Assembly: GCF_963921235.1 (NCBI RefSeq) | Contig: NC_086108.1 | Location: 42,286,001-42,350,000, forward strand | Length of the DNA: 64,000 nt | Origin: Mobula hypostoma | Taxonomy: Eukaryota | Reading direction: 5' to 3' | Part shown: positions 1 through 13,122 of the stretch, in pieces | Numbering within the stretch: position 1 is the first letter of the stretch | Layout of the letters: every line of letters begins with the position of its first letter | Notes under the pieces: generated by a model | Seen by the model: the letters and a program-made list of their open reading frames with translations, nothing else | Told to the model about the DNA's origin: nothing | Database searches by the model: none | Translations under genes and position numbers: made by a program

Positions 1-1389
1 TCTCTGTATGCACAAGACATGCTTAAGTAGATGCAACGAGAATGTTCTTAAATCTACAAAAGCACAAAATGCAATATACCTTTACACAAATATAATCATA
101 ATATCAAAGGTTATTGTTGCTTGAATGTTCAGAAACAGACTGGGAGAGATGATTGAAACTCAGTTAAGATATATGACACAAGAATAAATCATCTGCCTCA
201 CCCTATACAAGGAGAGGCCTTTGTAATTTCAGGTCATAACTTGTTCAGAAGCATGACCTTAAAAAAGTGCTGTCACATATCAGCAGCATATTTAAAGAAT
301 CTATCTTTTCCAAAGAATGCATCGTAATCACAGTTTCATTATCATGACAAGGTTGGCTAATTAGACTTTCTGCTATGATTTGCAAAGAAAGTTAGCTAAT
401 AAAGAAATTCATTGAGTCTTTGTCATGAACTCAATTTGTCCCAAGCTTCTTTACAATTGATTAAATAATTAGGAAATGTACTCACTTTCACATGAAGGAA
501 ACTCAACAGCAATATGTGGATTGCAGGACAAACAAACTGTTGTGTAAAAGTGTTAAGACTATTTATTTTGGTGATGTTGACCTGCTCTTCTTCAAAACTG
601 TGCATGGGATATTTTCTGTGCATAGATGAAGTGCCAAGTGAGACCATCTAAGGCTCTGATTTGTGCAATATACATTAGAATTGAACTAAAAGGTGAAAGA
701 ATAAAATGCAGCATTTACGTTCCTGTAATTGTAAGGTGAAATTGTGAGGTTCCCGTAACTGTACTCTGATTCTGCATTGCCTGTTAATTCACCTTGAAAT
801 CTTATCTGCCAGGAAACATGAACTTGTCAGATACTGCAGTGTTAATTATTCTTCTATTATGAAGCTAATTGCTGCAAAAATGTGTAGATATTTTATGTGA
901 ATCTAAAAACTAGAATTGAATCTCGTACCTTCATATCAAAAGATAACCGCCATTGGAGCCAAGCTCAAAATTGCTGTGGTCCTAAACCTAAAAATTCAAT
1001 GTTCTTTTAATTTTGTAGACTAACTTGAAGAAGCATCTATGAAGTAAATTTTCAAAAATAATGTGACTTAAGTCCAGGTTGATAAAACAGGATTTGAATT
1101 TTTAATACATTTGACAGGATAATTTCAATGAATCAATAATTCAATTCAAATTTTAATTAAAAAATTTGATAATTTCAATATCTGAATGAATGAATAAATA
1201 AATAAATTTGTGTTATTTTTATCTCTCCAATGCAGCTTTTAATTTCGAGTTTGACACAAGTAACAGGGTTCTGAACAGTACACTTTGAATTTCGGAACTA
1301 ATTACACCCTGGTCCCCCTTGCCTCATGATTAGTAACTGTTGTGTTTTAAGTACACTTTTCAAAATAGTTATGCAACAAGTGTTTTTGT

Positions 1390-1522
1390 CAAGACGAGAG
1401 ACTGCAGGTGCTGGAATCTGGAGCAACAAAGAGAAACTGTCAGAGGAATTCACCAGGTGGAAGGGGCATCTGCGGAAGGAAAGGCATTTTCAATGAGTCT
1501 GGTTGAAGCCCTGCATCAGGAC
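1390..1522 (-). mobile_element. Old fragment of the PLE-type terminal repeat
   Basis: Reverse complement resembles the ctgatg..aggg...gatgc...ccagca..ctgcag unit seen at 2347 and 51521. Confidence 0.55.
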
Positions 1523-2099
1523 ATACTGTACAGCTATTTTATCTCCATAATCTTAGTTAATGGGTCAAAATTTCCCTAGGAGTTTCACAAAAATGAAGCT
1601 TCCCAATTCCTGCTTGTTAATGAGCCCACAGGAGCAGACTGATAAAATAATTCAAGGATCTGTAAAGGTAGTCTTCGCAGCAAATAGGCACGTAAGGGAT
1701 ATTGTGCTGAAGCTGAGGTAGGTTTTCTGAGGACAATTCAAGACAAATGAGGACACAGTCTAGGCAATTTTACCAGTTTCTAATCATTTTGTAGGATTCT
1801 GATTGCAGACATAGGTGTATAAATAAATAGACTATGATTTTGAGTATATTGGGAGAAAAGTGGAAGAGAATGTTCAGAAAATAGGTGAAACAGCAGAAAT
1901 ATGATGTCTGTGCTACAGTCTTCTGTGAGGCAGACCAAATGGTATATAATTAATCTGACTTTTAATTGGATATTTTTAGAAGTCAAAACATGGGTAGACC
2001 AGCGATATAACACTGATACACTGAAGCAGTTTATATATTTACAATGCATTATTTGTTATGGCAACATGAAAAAATGGCTCCTTTTCTTATATGGAACGA

Positions 2100-2482
2100 C
2101 ACCCCCCCCCTTCACCATTTCCCATCCCCTTTTCCCTCTCTCACCTTATCTCCTTGCCCCCCCCATTGCTTCCCTCTGGTGCTCCTCCCCCCTCTTCTTG
2201 CTTCCATGCTTCTGTCTCTGTCAGCAATTAACTTCCCAGCTCTTCACCTCATCCCTCCTGCTCTGGCTAAACCTATCACCTTGTGTGTTTCTCTCTCCCC
2301 TCCCCTTCCCCCACCTTTTAAATCTACTCCTCGGCTTTTTTTTCTCCAGTCCTGCCAAAGGGTCTCAGCCCGAAATGTTGACTGTACTCTTTTCCATAGA
2401 TGCTGCCTAGCTTGCTGAATTCCTCCAGCGTTTTGTGTGTGTTGCCTTGGATTTCCAATATCTGCAGATTTTCTCTTGTTTG
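2100..2482 (+). mobile_element. Penelope-like element 3' region (pyrimidine-rich UTR plus terminal repeat with degenerate hammerhead)
   Basis: C/T-rich tract followed by cagtc-ctgccaa-agggtctcagccc-gaaatgtt-gactg and the same tail as the other copies. Confidence 0.7.
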
Positions 2483-2734
2483 AAATCAGTTTCATAATGT
2501 TTTAATTTTACCAATGCTGTTAACGGTTTGACTGCTTTTTCCCCATGACAGACGTGTTGAGTGAAATCCTTACAATTCCGTACCTTGGGTGCATTATTTA
2601 AAATATTAAAAAGAATAAAACCCTCACCCTCCACTTGCTCCACCTCTTATGTGTTACTTTTCACTTCCTGTTACATATGAGATGCACGTTAAATCACAGA
2701 ACAATGGTGTAAATGACACAAAGTGTCAGAAGTT

Positions 2735-4860
2735 TAGAACATAGAACAGAAAATCCACAGCACAATACAGGCCTTTCGGCCCACAAAGCTGTGCCGAACA
2801 TGTCCTACCTTAGAACTAACTAGGCTTTACTCATAGTCCTCTATTTTTCTAAGCTCCGTGCACCTATCCAGAAGTCTCTTAAAAGACCCTATCGTATCCG
2901 CCTCCACCACCATCGCTGGCAGCCCATTCCACACACTCACCACTCTCTGCGTAGAAAACACCTCCGACATCTGCTCTGTACCTACTTCCAAGCACCTTAA
3001 AACTGTGTCTTCTGGTGCTAGCCATTTCAGCCCTGGGAAAAAGCCTCTGACTATCCACATGATCAATGTCTCTCATCATCTTATACACCTCTATCAGGTC
3101 ACCTGTCATCCTCCGTCGCTCCAAGGAGAAAAGGCCGAGTTCACTCAACCTATTCTCATAAGGCATGCTCCCCAATCCAGGCAACATCCTTGTAAATCTC
3201 CTCTGCACTCTTTCTGTGGTTTCCATATCCTTCCTGTAGTGAGACGACCAGAACTGAGTTCAGTACTCCAAGTGGGGTCTGACCAGGGTCCTATATAGCT
3301 CCAACATTACCTCTCAGCTCTTAAACTCAATCCCATGATTGATGAAGGCCAATGCACCATATGCCTTCTTAACCACAGAGTCAACCTGCGCAGCAGCTTT
3401 GAACGCCTTATGGACTCGGATCCCAAGATCCCTCTGATCCAAGAGCCAAGAGTCTTACCATTAATACTATATTCTGCCATCATATTTGACCTACCAAAAT
3501 AAACCACCTCATACTTATCTGGTTTGAACTCCATCTGCCACTTCTCAGCCCAGTTTTGCATCCTATCAATGTCCCGCTGTAACCTCTGACAGCCCTCCAC
3601 ACTATCCATAACATTCCCAACCTTTGTGTCATCAGAAAATTTACTAACCCATTCCTCCACTTCCTCATCCAGGTCATTTATAAAAATCACAAAGAGTAGA
3701 GGTGCCAGAACAGATCCCTGAGACACACCACTGGTGACCGACCTCCATGCAGAATATGACCCGTCTACAACCACTCTTTGCCTTCTCTGAGCAAGCCAAT
3801 TCTGGATCTACAAAGCAATGTCCCCTTGGATCCCATGCCTCTTACTTTCTCAATAAACCTTGCATGGAGTACCTTATCAAATGCCTTGCTGAAATCCATA
3901 TACACTATATCTACTGCTCTACTTCCATTAATGTGTTTAGTCACATCCTCAAAAAATTCAGTCAGGCTCATAAGGCACAACCTGCCTTTGACAAAGCCAT
4001 GCTGACTATTCCTAATCATATTATACCTCTCCAAATGTTCATAAATCCTGCCTCTCAGGATCTTTTCCATCAACTTACCAACCACTGCAGTAAGACTCAC
4101 TGGTCTATAATTTCCTGGGCTATCTCTATTCCCTTTCTTGAATAATGGAACAACATCTTCAACCCTCCAGTCCTCCGGAACCTCTCCCATCCCCATTGAT
4201 GATGCAAAGTTCATCGCCAGAGGCTCAGCAATTTCCTCCCTTGCCTCCCACAGTAGCCTGGGGTACATCTCATCCGCTCCTGGTAACTTATCCAACCTGA
4301 TGCTTTCCAAAAGCTCCAACATGTCCTCTTTCTTAATATCTACATGCTCAAGCTTTTCAGTCCGCTGTAAGTTAACCCTACAATTGCCAAGATTCTTTTC
4401 CGTAGTGAATACTGAAGCAAAATACTCATTAAGTACCTCTGCTATCTCCTCCAGTTCCATAAACACTTTTCCACTGTCACACTTGATTGGTCCTATTCTG
4501 TCATGTCTTGTCTTCTTGCTCTTCACATCCTTGTAGAATGCCATGGGGTTTTCCTTAATCCTGTCCACCAAGGCCTTCTCATGGCCCCTTCTGGCTCTCC
4601 TAATTTCATTTTTAAGCTCCTACCTGCTAGCCTTATAATCTTCTAGATCTCTATCATTACCTAGTTTTTTGAACCTTTCGTAAGCTTTTCTTCTTGACTA
4701 GGTCTACTACAGCCTTTGTACACCAGGATTTCTGTATCCTACCATCCTTTCCCATCTCATTGGAACATACCTATGCAGAACTCTGCGCAAATATCCCCTG
4801 AACATTTGCCACATTTCTTCCGTACATTTCCCTGAATTCATCTGTTTCCAATTTATGCTT
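2735..4860 (-). mobile_element. CR1 LINE, 5'-truncated, ORF2/RT fragments
   Basis: ORFs 3765-4571, 3307-3774 and 2879-3226 carry PGNYRPVSLT, QHGF, DFSKAFDKV, QGSVLAPLLF, KFSDDTK and ERVQRRFTRM; (tagaaca)-type tail. Confidence 0.95.
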
Positions 4861-4927
4861 TATGTTTAAAACTGTGTTGGATGTTCTGGGCATGATCTGA
4901 AATTTCTCTGTTTTATGATTGATTTAG

Positions 4928-5011
4928 GTAAATGAACATTTGAAGGCAATAGTTACCCAAGAGCAGAAGTTGAGGCGACCTCAAGGGCCAGAAATATCTG
5001 GAAGTCAAAGG
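4928..5011 (+). CDS. CAMSAP2: CAMSAP2 internal exon (84 nt, phase 0/0): VNEHLKAIVTQEQKLRRPQGPEISGSQR
   Basis: Acceptor tttag and donor gtagga; translation resembles recalled human CAMSAP2 VNEHLKDIMEQEQKLKEHHTVEAPGGQK. Confidence 0.9.
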
Positions 5012-5889
5012 GTAGGAACTGAGATTGAACTTCGTCTCTCAAAAAATAATTTAATATGTGAGAATATAAAAATATGGGCTTTATAGTGGTCAAATGTGTA
5101 ACTCCTTTGCCTGTCAAATAGCAGAATGAATATTTATCTCTTAGAATTACCTCATTGACAAGTCATTTTTTTCAAGGTAGCACTTTTCTATGGATAAAAA
5201 GCTGCACTTTGAGATATGCTGACAGTATTCCTTGGTGTTGTAAAACACTACCACATGATCAGGGTGATGGTAAACTAACTACCAAATTGGAAGGTAAACT
5301 TTGCACTTGAAACAGCACAAAATCAATGGTATAAATACCAAGACAGACTTCAATATTTCATTAAACAAAGCCCAGATGTCATTGACGGAATGCAGAAAAT
5401 GTAGGTCGTTTCAATTGAGTGATCTGAGTTGGAGTATTTGGGTGGATTCCAATTGAGTTAGTGATATGAATTAGATTATCATCAGAGATAAACAGTTATC
5501 ATTATTACAGCAACTGTTTCACATATTCTGTTCATAAACCAATTTCCTGAAGTCAGATTTTTTTCATACCAGTTCAGAAGCACAATGTAGAGTTTACATC
5601 AATTTACATCATCTTGGTGAAAGTCAATTGGTGAAAGCCCTCAAATTTTTGACCAAGGCATAAGAGTTACATTTTCCCAGCCAAAACTCCATGGCAGTTA
5701 GCAGCAGAGGCAAATCATACTGGTGAAGATTGGCTCTTGTTGACTATGTAACAACTGTAATGGTGTATAATACTGATTTGCATTCAAGAAATCGACCTGA
5801 TACAGATTTTAGTTATTCAAAATGCATAAAGGAAGATTAGTATGACAGTGGTGGACAGAATTTGGAAATGTACAGAATTGCCAAAGATA

Positions 5890-5999
5890 TCAGAATCAGG
5901 TTTAATATCACCAGCATATGTCGAGAAATTTGTTGTTTTGCAGCAGTGGTACATTGCAATAATTGGTAATAAAAACTGTAAATGAGAATAAGAAGTGTA

Positions 6000-6030
<31 letters not shown>

Positions 6031-6230
6031 GAAATGAATTAAATAGTGCAAAAAAAGAGGGGGAAATATTTTGGAAGTGTTCATGGGTTCATTGACAATT
6101 CAGAAATCTAATGGTGGAAGAGAAGAAGCTATTCCTGAAATGTTGAGTGTGTGCCTTCAGGCTCCTGTACCTCCCCTTCGATGGCAGCAATGAGAAGAGG
6201 GCATGTCCTGGGTGATGGGGATATTGGTGA
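5890..6230 (-). mobile_element. Rex1/Babar LINE 3' end with (TG)n(TA)n microsatellite
   Basis: Reverse complement of the 3' end of the Rex1 copy at 44990-46725. Confidence 0.75.
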
Positions 6231-6769
6231 CAAAAACTGTGTAGTCACTTTTAACAATTTATGATTTTTGAATGGAAGACTTTCATATTTAACAGTGGAA
6301 TGTGAGAATGACAGACAAAGCAACATGTTGTAGAGCTATGTGACAAGCACAGATACTCTTGGCCTTACTGGTTTTTGCGTTGTTTTCTTTCAAGATATCA
6401 TTAACTGACAGTAAAGCGGGATAGCCCTGATTTTAGTTGCTGCCCACCAACCACAGAAACATGATTTATATATGGAGTCCTGTCCAAGCTGACCCTCTGC
6501 ACCAGAGAGTCCTCCTACCAGCGAATCTTCAGACTCCCTTCTTTTCAGCTCCCAGAACTCTCTGATAGTCTTTTGACAACTTGCTAGTCAACGTCCCGAG
6601 CTAGTGTCAGATGCCTCCAACAAGTGGATACATCTAAAAGCAACACAAATAGGCTTGAGTCATCAAATGAAACATATAAAATAATTCAGAGCATTTTAAA
6701 CTTCAAGAAATTAATTGAAAAGATAAAGAATAAGTAAACTACTCACCTACACTCAGAAGTTTGGTAGGA

Positions 6770-7699
6770 GTAGGAGGAGGGATGGGTTAGTAAGTTGGCT
6801 AATGACACAAAGGTTGGAGGTGTTGTGGACAGTGAGGAGGATTGTCAGAGGTTACGGTGGGACATTGATAGGATGCAAAACTGGGCTGAGAAGTGGCAGA
6901 TGGAGTTCAACCCAGATAAGTGTGAAGTGGTTCATTTTGGTAGGTCAAATATGATGGCAGAATATAGTATTAAAAGAGTCTTGCAGTGTGGAGGATCAGA
7001 GGGATCTTGGGGTCTGAGTCCATAGGACACTCAAAGCAGCTGTGCAGGTTGACTCCGTGGTTAAGAAGGCGTACGGTGTATTGGCCTTCATCAATCGTGG
7101 AATTGAATTTAGAAGCCGAGAAGTAATGTTGCAGCTATATAGGACCCTGGTCAGACCCCACTTGGAGTACTGTGCTCAGTTCTGGTTGCCTCACTACAGG
7201 AAGGATGTGGAAGCCATAGAAAGGGTGCAGAGGAGATTTACAAGGATGTTGCCTGGATTGGGGAGCACGCCTTATGAGAATAGGTTGAGTGAACTCAGCC
7301 TTTTTTCCTTGGAGCGACGGAGGATGAGAGGTGACCTGATAGAGGTGTACAAGATGATGAAAGGCTTTGATCGTGTGGATAGTCAGAGGCTTTTTCCCAG
7401 GGCTGAAATGGTTGCCACAAGAGGACACAGGTTTAAGGTGCTGGGGAGTAGGTACAGAGGAGATGTCGGGTAAGTTTTTTACTCGGAGAATGGTAAGCGC
7501 GTGGAATGGGCTGCCGGCAATGGTGGTGGAGGCGGATACGATAGGGTCTTTTAAGAGACTTCTGGATAGGTACATGGCGCTTAGAAAAATAGAGGGCTAT
7601 AGGTAAGCCTAGTAACTTCTAAGGTAGCGACATGTTTGACACAGCTTTGTGGGCGGAAGGGCCTGTATTGTGCTGTAGGTTTTCTGTGTTCTATGTTCT
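6770..7699 (+). mobile_element. CR1 LINE 3' fragment, same subfamily as 2735-4860
   Basis: ORFs 6795-7025 and 7042-7473 (LVRPHLEYC, RRMRGDLIEVYK); tail ttctgtgttctatgttct. Confidence 0.95.
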
Positions 7700-8329
7700 G
7701 AGGAATTAAAGGGAAAAAATTATAATCCGTGCATCTCATGTGCATGTATTTTGCATTTTTTTCTCATCTCTTATGTGTTAGATATTACCCTGCAAAATTT
7801 TTTTTGCAAACAAAGCCTGCTAATTCCTGTTTTGTTCTCAGAATTATTTATTTATTTGTTGTTTGTTAACTATAAGACATATTTTGTTTGATGTTCTTCG
7901 TTTGGTTGTTTTATGCAAAAGTACATCCTGTAATAGGACAGGTAAATCTGAGGTCCAACCTCAACGGCTAACGCATCACAGTTCTATTTGGATCATTGGG
8001 AAACAGACTGGCAAGTAAAATACTCGTACACTAATCTTCAGTTTCCAAACAAATGAAACTAAAAGTGGTTATAGTCTTTATTTATTAATATTATGAGTTT
8101 GAACTGAAACTGAAAATTATGGAAATTCTCAGCAGGACATTCTGGAAATGTGAAGAGAGGAACAGAATTAATGTTTCAGAACTTTTCACATGCTTGGCCA
8201 GTCTGTTTCAGTACAGCTACAACAATGAAATCTTCCTGACCTGACAATGTAGGAAGTTGTCCAAAGTGCAGAATACAAAGTTGTGATATTCAGTGACGTG
8301 CGCAATGTTCAGCAGCGTTCGTGACTCCC

Positions 8330-9130
8330 CAAACAATAAAAGAGTCCACAACCAAGTGCAGTAAGACAGGCCAGGACTGATAGGTGGCAAGTAACACAGG
8401 TTCCAGGCAGTGATAGTAACAAGAAAATCCATCGCTCACTTCTTGTCATTAGATGTATTAGCATCACTGTATCCTCCACTATCAATATTCAGGGATGTGT
8501 GTTGGGGGGGGTGGGTGTTACCAATGCACAAAAACTAAAGTGGAGTATCCATATACACAGTGTGGCAGGTAAAAGGCTCAGAATCCTGTGGCAAGTAACT
8601 CGCCTCCCATCTCTCCTAATCCTGTTCATCATCTACAAGGCTCTAGTCAGGAGTGTGATAGAACATTTCCCAGTTGCCTCGATGAGCACAGCTTCAGCAA
8701 GCTCAAGCAGCTCCACACAGGGCAGAGCTGCCCACTTGGTGGGCGTCCCATTCACAACTGTTCACTCACTTCACTGATGCACGGTAGAGCCGGTTTGTAC
8801 CATCCACAGGGTGCAGCTGCACTGCAGCAACCAGCCAAGATCGTTGGCCAGCACCTTCCAAACATTTTCGGCAAGCGAGAAGGACAAGGGCCTCAAGAGC
8901 AGGGGGACACCACCACATAAGCCACACAGCATTCTGACTTGCAAGAATGTTGTTCCTTCAACATTGCTGGCCAAAACCTTAGAACTCTCCTTCACAGCAT
9001 TATGGATGTGCCCATACCTCAAGAGCTGCAGCAGTTCAAAAAGGCAGTAGACTGCCATGTTCTCAAAGCAACTAGAGATGAGCAATTAAGTGCTGACTCA
9101 GCCTGTGAAGTGCACATCCCTTGAATGAAA
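8330..9130 (+). mobile_element. Old divergent CR1-group LINE 3' fragment
   Basis: ORF 8499-8777 LKWSIHI...IYKALVRSVIEH resembles the post-RT region of CR1-group LINEs. Confidence 0.65.
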
Positions 9131-10439
9131 ATATATTTAAAAAGCTGTCATTTTAATGTTTATATGTAATTTAATGATGTTTACTTAATACTTAAAAGAA
9201 CTTTTTCAGAGGTTTCATATGGTTATAGGTGCACTATAATAATAATATCTCAGGATTCAGATCTTTGGCAAATACAATGGGGAAAAAAATTGAGTGACAT
9301 TAATGACTGGATGTGTGTTTTCTGGAGACCTTGATTGGCTACACCTGGTCTGTATTTACTTATTCCTTTTGTTTCCGAAATACTGCTGGTGTACGTGGAA
9401 TCCATCACTATAACCACATTGTTGAATTTTAACAGCATGACATTAATTAGAATTCATTTGTTTAATTATAAAAGTGTTATTTTCTTCAGCCAACATTGCA
9501 CAGGTGTATTGTTTCCCTTGCCTGTGAGGGCATTTATTGGTGCAACAAATAAGGGAATATTAATTGTTCCCAACTATTTTTAAAGTGGTTGAATAGAAGC
9601 ATTCTGTTTTTAAAGAAATACTGTAAGGTGAATAGTTTCTCTGCTGATATTGTAGTTTTTGAGATAATTGCTGAGTTATACAGAAAGTGGTCTTTAAGTG
9701 TATTTCTGAAACAGCTGGACAGCACCTGACAACCTCTGTATGTGAAGTGATGCATTCTGCATCGGAGTTGCTGGACTTGGACTGCAATCTTTGTGAGTCC
9801 ATATTTAAAGCCCTGCATGTAGATGCAATGCCAGTAATCTGGTGTGATTAAGATGTTTCGTTATGAATGTTGTTACTAATTCATGATAAGATCATGAGAT
9901 ATTACAATTATTTTTGCTTTTTGGGCCTTGTTGGAGTTTTTAATCTCCTCAGTTAACAAGGCTTTCAACACTTCAGTGTTCCAGATGATAGTTTTTGATC
10001 TGTGTCTGTAAATTGGCAGACTGTGCAATGTTACCTGCTCCTTATGCAGTCGTTCTCCATGGAGTTTCCATTCTACAGAGTCCAGCCAGTAGATACTCTT
10101 TTTAATGTTTCTGTAAAGGTCAACAAATAGGCCAAACTGGGAAATGCACTTTTAAGAAACTAAATTCAGTGGTGTCTTTTTACATGTTTTTACTTAAGAT
10201 TTCAGAAAATTCATTTCCGCCCAGTTTGCCTGAATTTCCTTCAGCAAATGTGTCATTGCAGGAGCTCTGTCACTCAGCAAGATCTGTGTAGTTTAGTTTT
10301 GGAAATCCCAAGGTCACTTATTGTAAACAAATATTTTGTAAATTTTACATTTTCGGTTGCATTCAAAGCAAGAACCAGCCTAAGAGTAGAAAAATATTTA
10401 GAATCCCTTTGCGGGAAAAAATCATTGGCTGTCATATTA

Positions 10440-10950
10440 AAACATGTTACGGATATTGAAACAAAGTTAATGTTTTAGTTTAAAGACCCCTCAGCAGCCC
10501 ACTGGGAAAGAGAGAAAACAAGTATCGCATTTCAGAGGAGTGGGAAGGGAAAGGAACACAAAGGGAATATTTGTGATAGGGTGAGATCAGGGATGCTATA
10601 GTAGTGATTTATTGTCGATGGTGGCATTAATAATAAAGATAGATTAAAAGAGAGAAAAATATTGCAAACTATGTGGCTGCCAGTCATGTTCATGCAACTG
10701 CAGGAGATGTGAAGATCTATCCTTCCACCTTTTCCCTTCCCATTTTCCAGGGACTTCACAGTCCTTCCAGACAACACAGAGATTCGCTTGCACTTCTCGT
10801 GTAGCACAATCATGTTCAGAATTTGTTCTCCTCCAACACCCAGATTGGGTGACCACTTCGCAGAGTAGCATATCAGCAAAGTTGAGTGTCTTGTTGCCTG
10901 TTGCTAAAGTTCTCCATCACACTCCACTTGGACCAACCTGTCCATAATTT
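10440..10950. mobile_element. Penelope-like remnant including degenerate GIY-YIG endonuclease coding sequence (+ strand, about 10745-10950)
   Basis: Reads QSFQTTQRFACTS ... RLGDHFAE* ... LPVA, like the PLE endonuclease pattern FQVRQRFTCTS...RLGDRFAEH...PVA. Confidence 0.65.
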
Positions 10951-11997
10951 ATAAGACCATAAGATATAGGAGCAGAATAGGCCATTTAGGCCATCAAGCC
11001 TGCTTTCATCATGGCTGATCCACCTTCCCTCTCAACAGCATTCTCCTGCCTTCTCCCTGTAACCTTTCACGCCCTGACTAACCCTGATCAGCATCCACCT
11101 TAAATACACTCAGTGGCCTGGCCTGACCACAGCCGCCTGAGGCAAAAAATTCTACAGCCGCACGACTCTCTGGCTAAGGAAATTCCTCCTCATCTCTGTT
11201 CTCAGTGGATGTCCCTGTATTCTGAGGCTGTGCCCTTTGGTCCCAGACTCCCCCACCACAGGAAACATCCTCTCCACATCCACTCTATCTAGGCCATTCA
11301 GCATTCAACAGGTTTCAATGAGATTCACCCTCATTCTCCTAACTTCCTGCGAGTATAGATCCAGAGCCATGAAATGCTCCTCATATGATAACCCTTTCAA
11401 TTCCTCAATTTTTCTCATGAATCCTCTCCAGTGCAACACATCCCTTCTTAGATAAAGGGCCCAAAACAGCTCACAATACTCCAAGTGAGGCGTCAGCAGT
11501 GCCTTATAAAGCCTCAACATTATATCTTTGCTTTTATATTCTTATCCCCTCCAAATGAATGGTAACATTGCACTTGCCTTGCACCACCAACTCAACCTGC
11601 AAGGTAACTTTAAGGAAACTTGCACAGGGACTCCCAAGTCCCTTTGCACCTTGGATTTTTGAATTTTCTACCCGGTTAGAAAATCACCTACACTTTTGTT
11701 CTTTCTACCAAAGTACTTGACTATACACTTGGTGACACTGTATTCTATCTGCCACTTCTTTTATCCATTCTCCTAATATGTCTAAGTCCTTGTGCAGCCT
11801 TCCTGCTTGCTCAACACATCCTGACCCTCCACCTATCTTCATAACATCTTCAAACTTGGCCACGTAGCCATAAATCCCATCATCCAAATCAATGACATAC
11901 TGTGTAACAGTAAAAAGAAGTGATCCCAACACCGATCCCTGCAGAACACCACTAGTCACCAGTAGCCAAGCAGAAAAGGTTCCCTTTATTCCCACCC
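10951..11997 (-). mobile_element. CR1 LINE 3' fragment, second subfamily (taagaccataaga tail)
   Basis: ORFs 11705-11995 (SGVLQGSVLG) and 11305-11520 (LYKALLTPHLEYC). Confidence 0.92.
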
Positions 11998-12250
11998 TCT
12001 GTCAGTGGCTTTCTGTGCTGTTCCAGAGCATGCTCTATCCATCTGAACACCTTTAATGCTCAGTATTGAATCTGACATCTCTGGTAATGCTCTTTCTCTG
12101 CCTGTACAATTACTCTCCAATCTATGCTGTAAGTCATCTACCTGCAATACAGATTCTGTTTTTTTTTTCTCTCTCCATGAGCACAGCCTGGTCTGCTGGA
12201 TATTTCACAACATTTTACATTTGTTTTATCTATTGTTGTTCTCTAGCCAG

Positions 12251-13121
12251 TGTTACGTACCCCGTAACTGGGTTGCCAAACCAGCAGAAATGGATCACTC
12301 AGTTGGAGTCTGGATTACTAGAACTAAGAAAGTTTTATTAAAGAAACAAGCAACACAGTACTCTTATCGAAAGGATAATAAATGCAACAGTTCAGCAATG
12401 ATAAACATACATGTACACAGAATTAAGATAACAGGATCAGTCAAGCTCTATCGTTGTCTAGGGGCAAATGACCAGTTTCAAAGTGACGCAAAGTTCAGTT
12501 CAGTTCGCAGTAATCGCTGCCGTGGGAGATGGACAGTGTGGGGGAAGGAGAGAGAGCAAAACGAATGAATATTCAAAACAGCTTCCACACACAGACCTTC
12601 GCAGTCAGCTTTCGGGCGAGTCCTTTGTGATGTCATCTGAGGTCACCGACCGTGACCCCTCCGTTTCCAGATACGACCGTTTCTCTGCGCTGAACCTGGC
12701 ACCCAGGCAAGGGTGGACACACACCAGGTTCCCGCCGATTGTGCCTTTCCACCCTGAGCATCTAAGGCTTGATCCCGCGATCAGCCGTCCAAAAGCTTCC
12801 CACCGACTTGTGAGAGGCGCACTGCTTCCAGGGTCTCGTTACCTCGGGTGTCGTGTGTGTCCTGCCTTAGTGAACCTGTCCCTTTTTATCCCCCTGCTGG
12901 GGTATCGCCTGTCCATCACTTCAAACAGTTCAGGGTTCAAAGGGGGGGCCGCTCTAGACAGCTCCCTCCTTCTGTTATTCTCTCTCCCGTCCCTTCATTA
13001 CACATCTCCAAATGCTGCTCCATTGTTTCCCTTATCTCTCTCTCTCCTGAAGACAGGTGGCAGACCAACTGCTGATCACACAGGACAGCTAACATCTTAA
13101 TCTATGTGTATTCTTGTCACA
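12251..13121 (-). mobile_element. Solo LTR (871 bp) of an LTR retrotransposon or ERV
   Basis: TGTTAC...GTCACA termini, 4-bp TSD ccag (12247-12250, 13122-13125), AATAAA on the minus strand near 12335, CpG-rich interior. Confidence 0.8.
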
Positions 13122-13122
13122 C

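Noticed and set aside
1901..2418. 169-aa and 124-aa ORFs
   Set aside because: Low-complexity translations of the pyrimidine-rich PLE 3' region.
12056..13100. 170-aa and 210-aa ORFs as a novel gene
   Set aside because: They overlap the solo LTR boundary and interior and show no recognisable domain.
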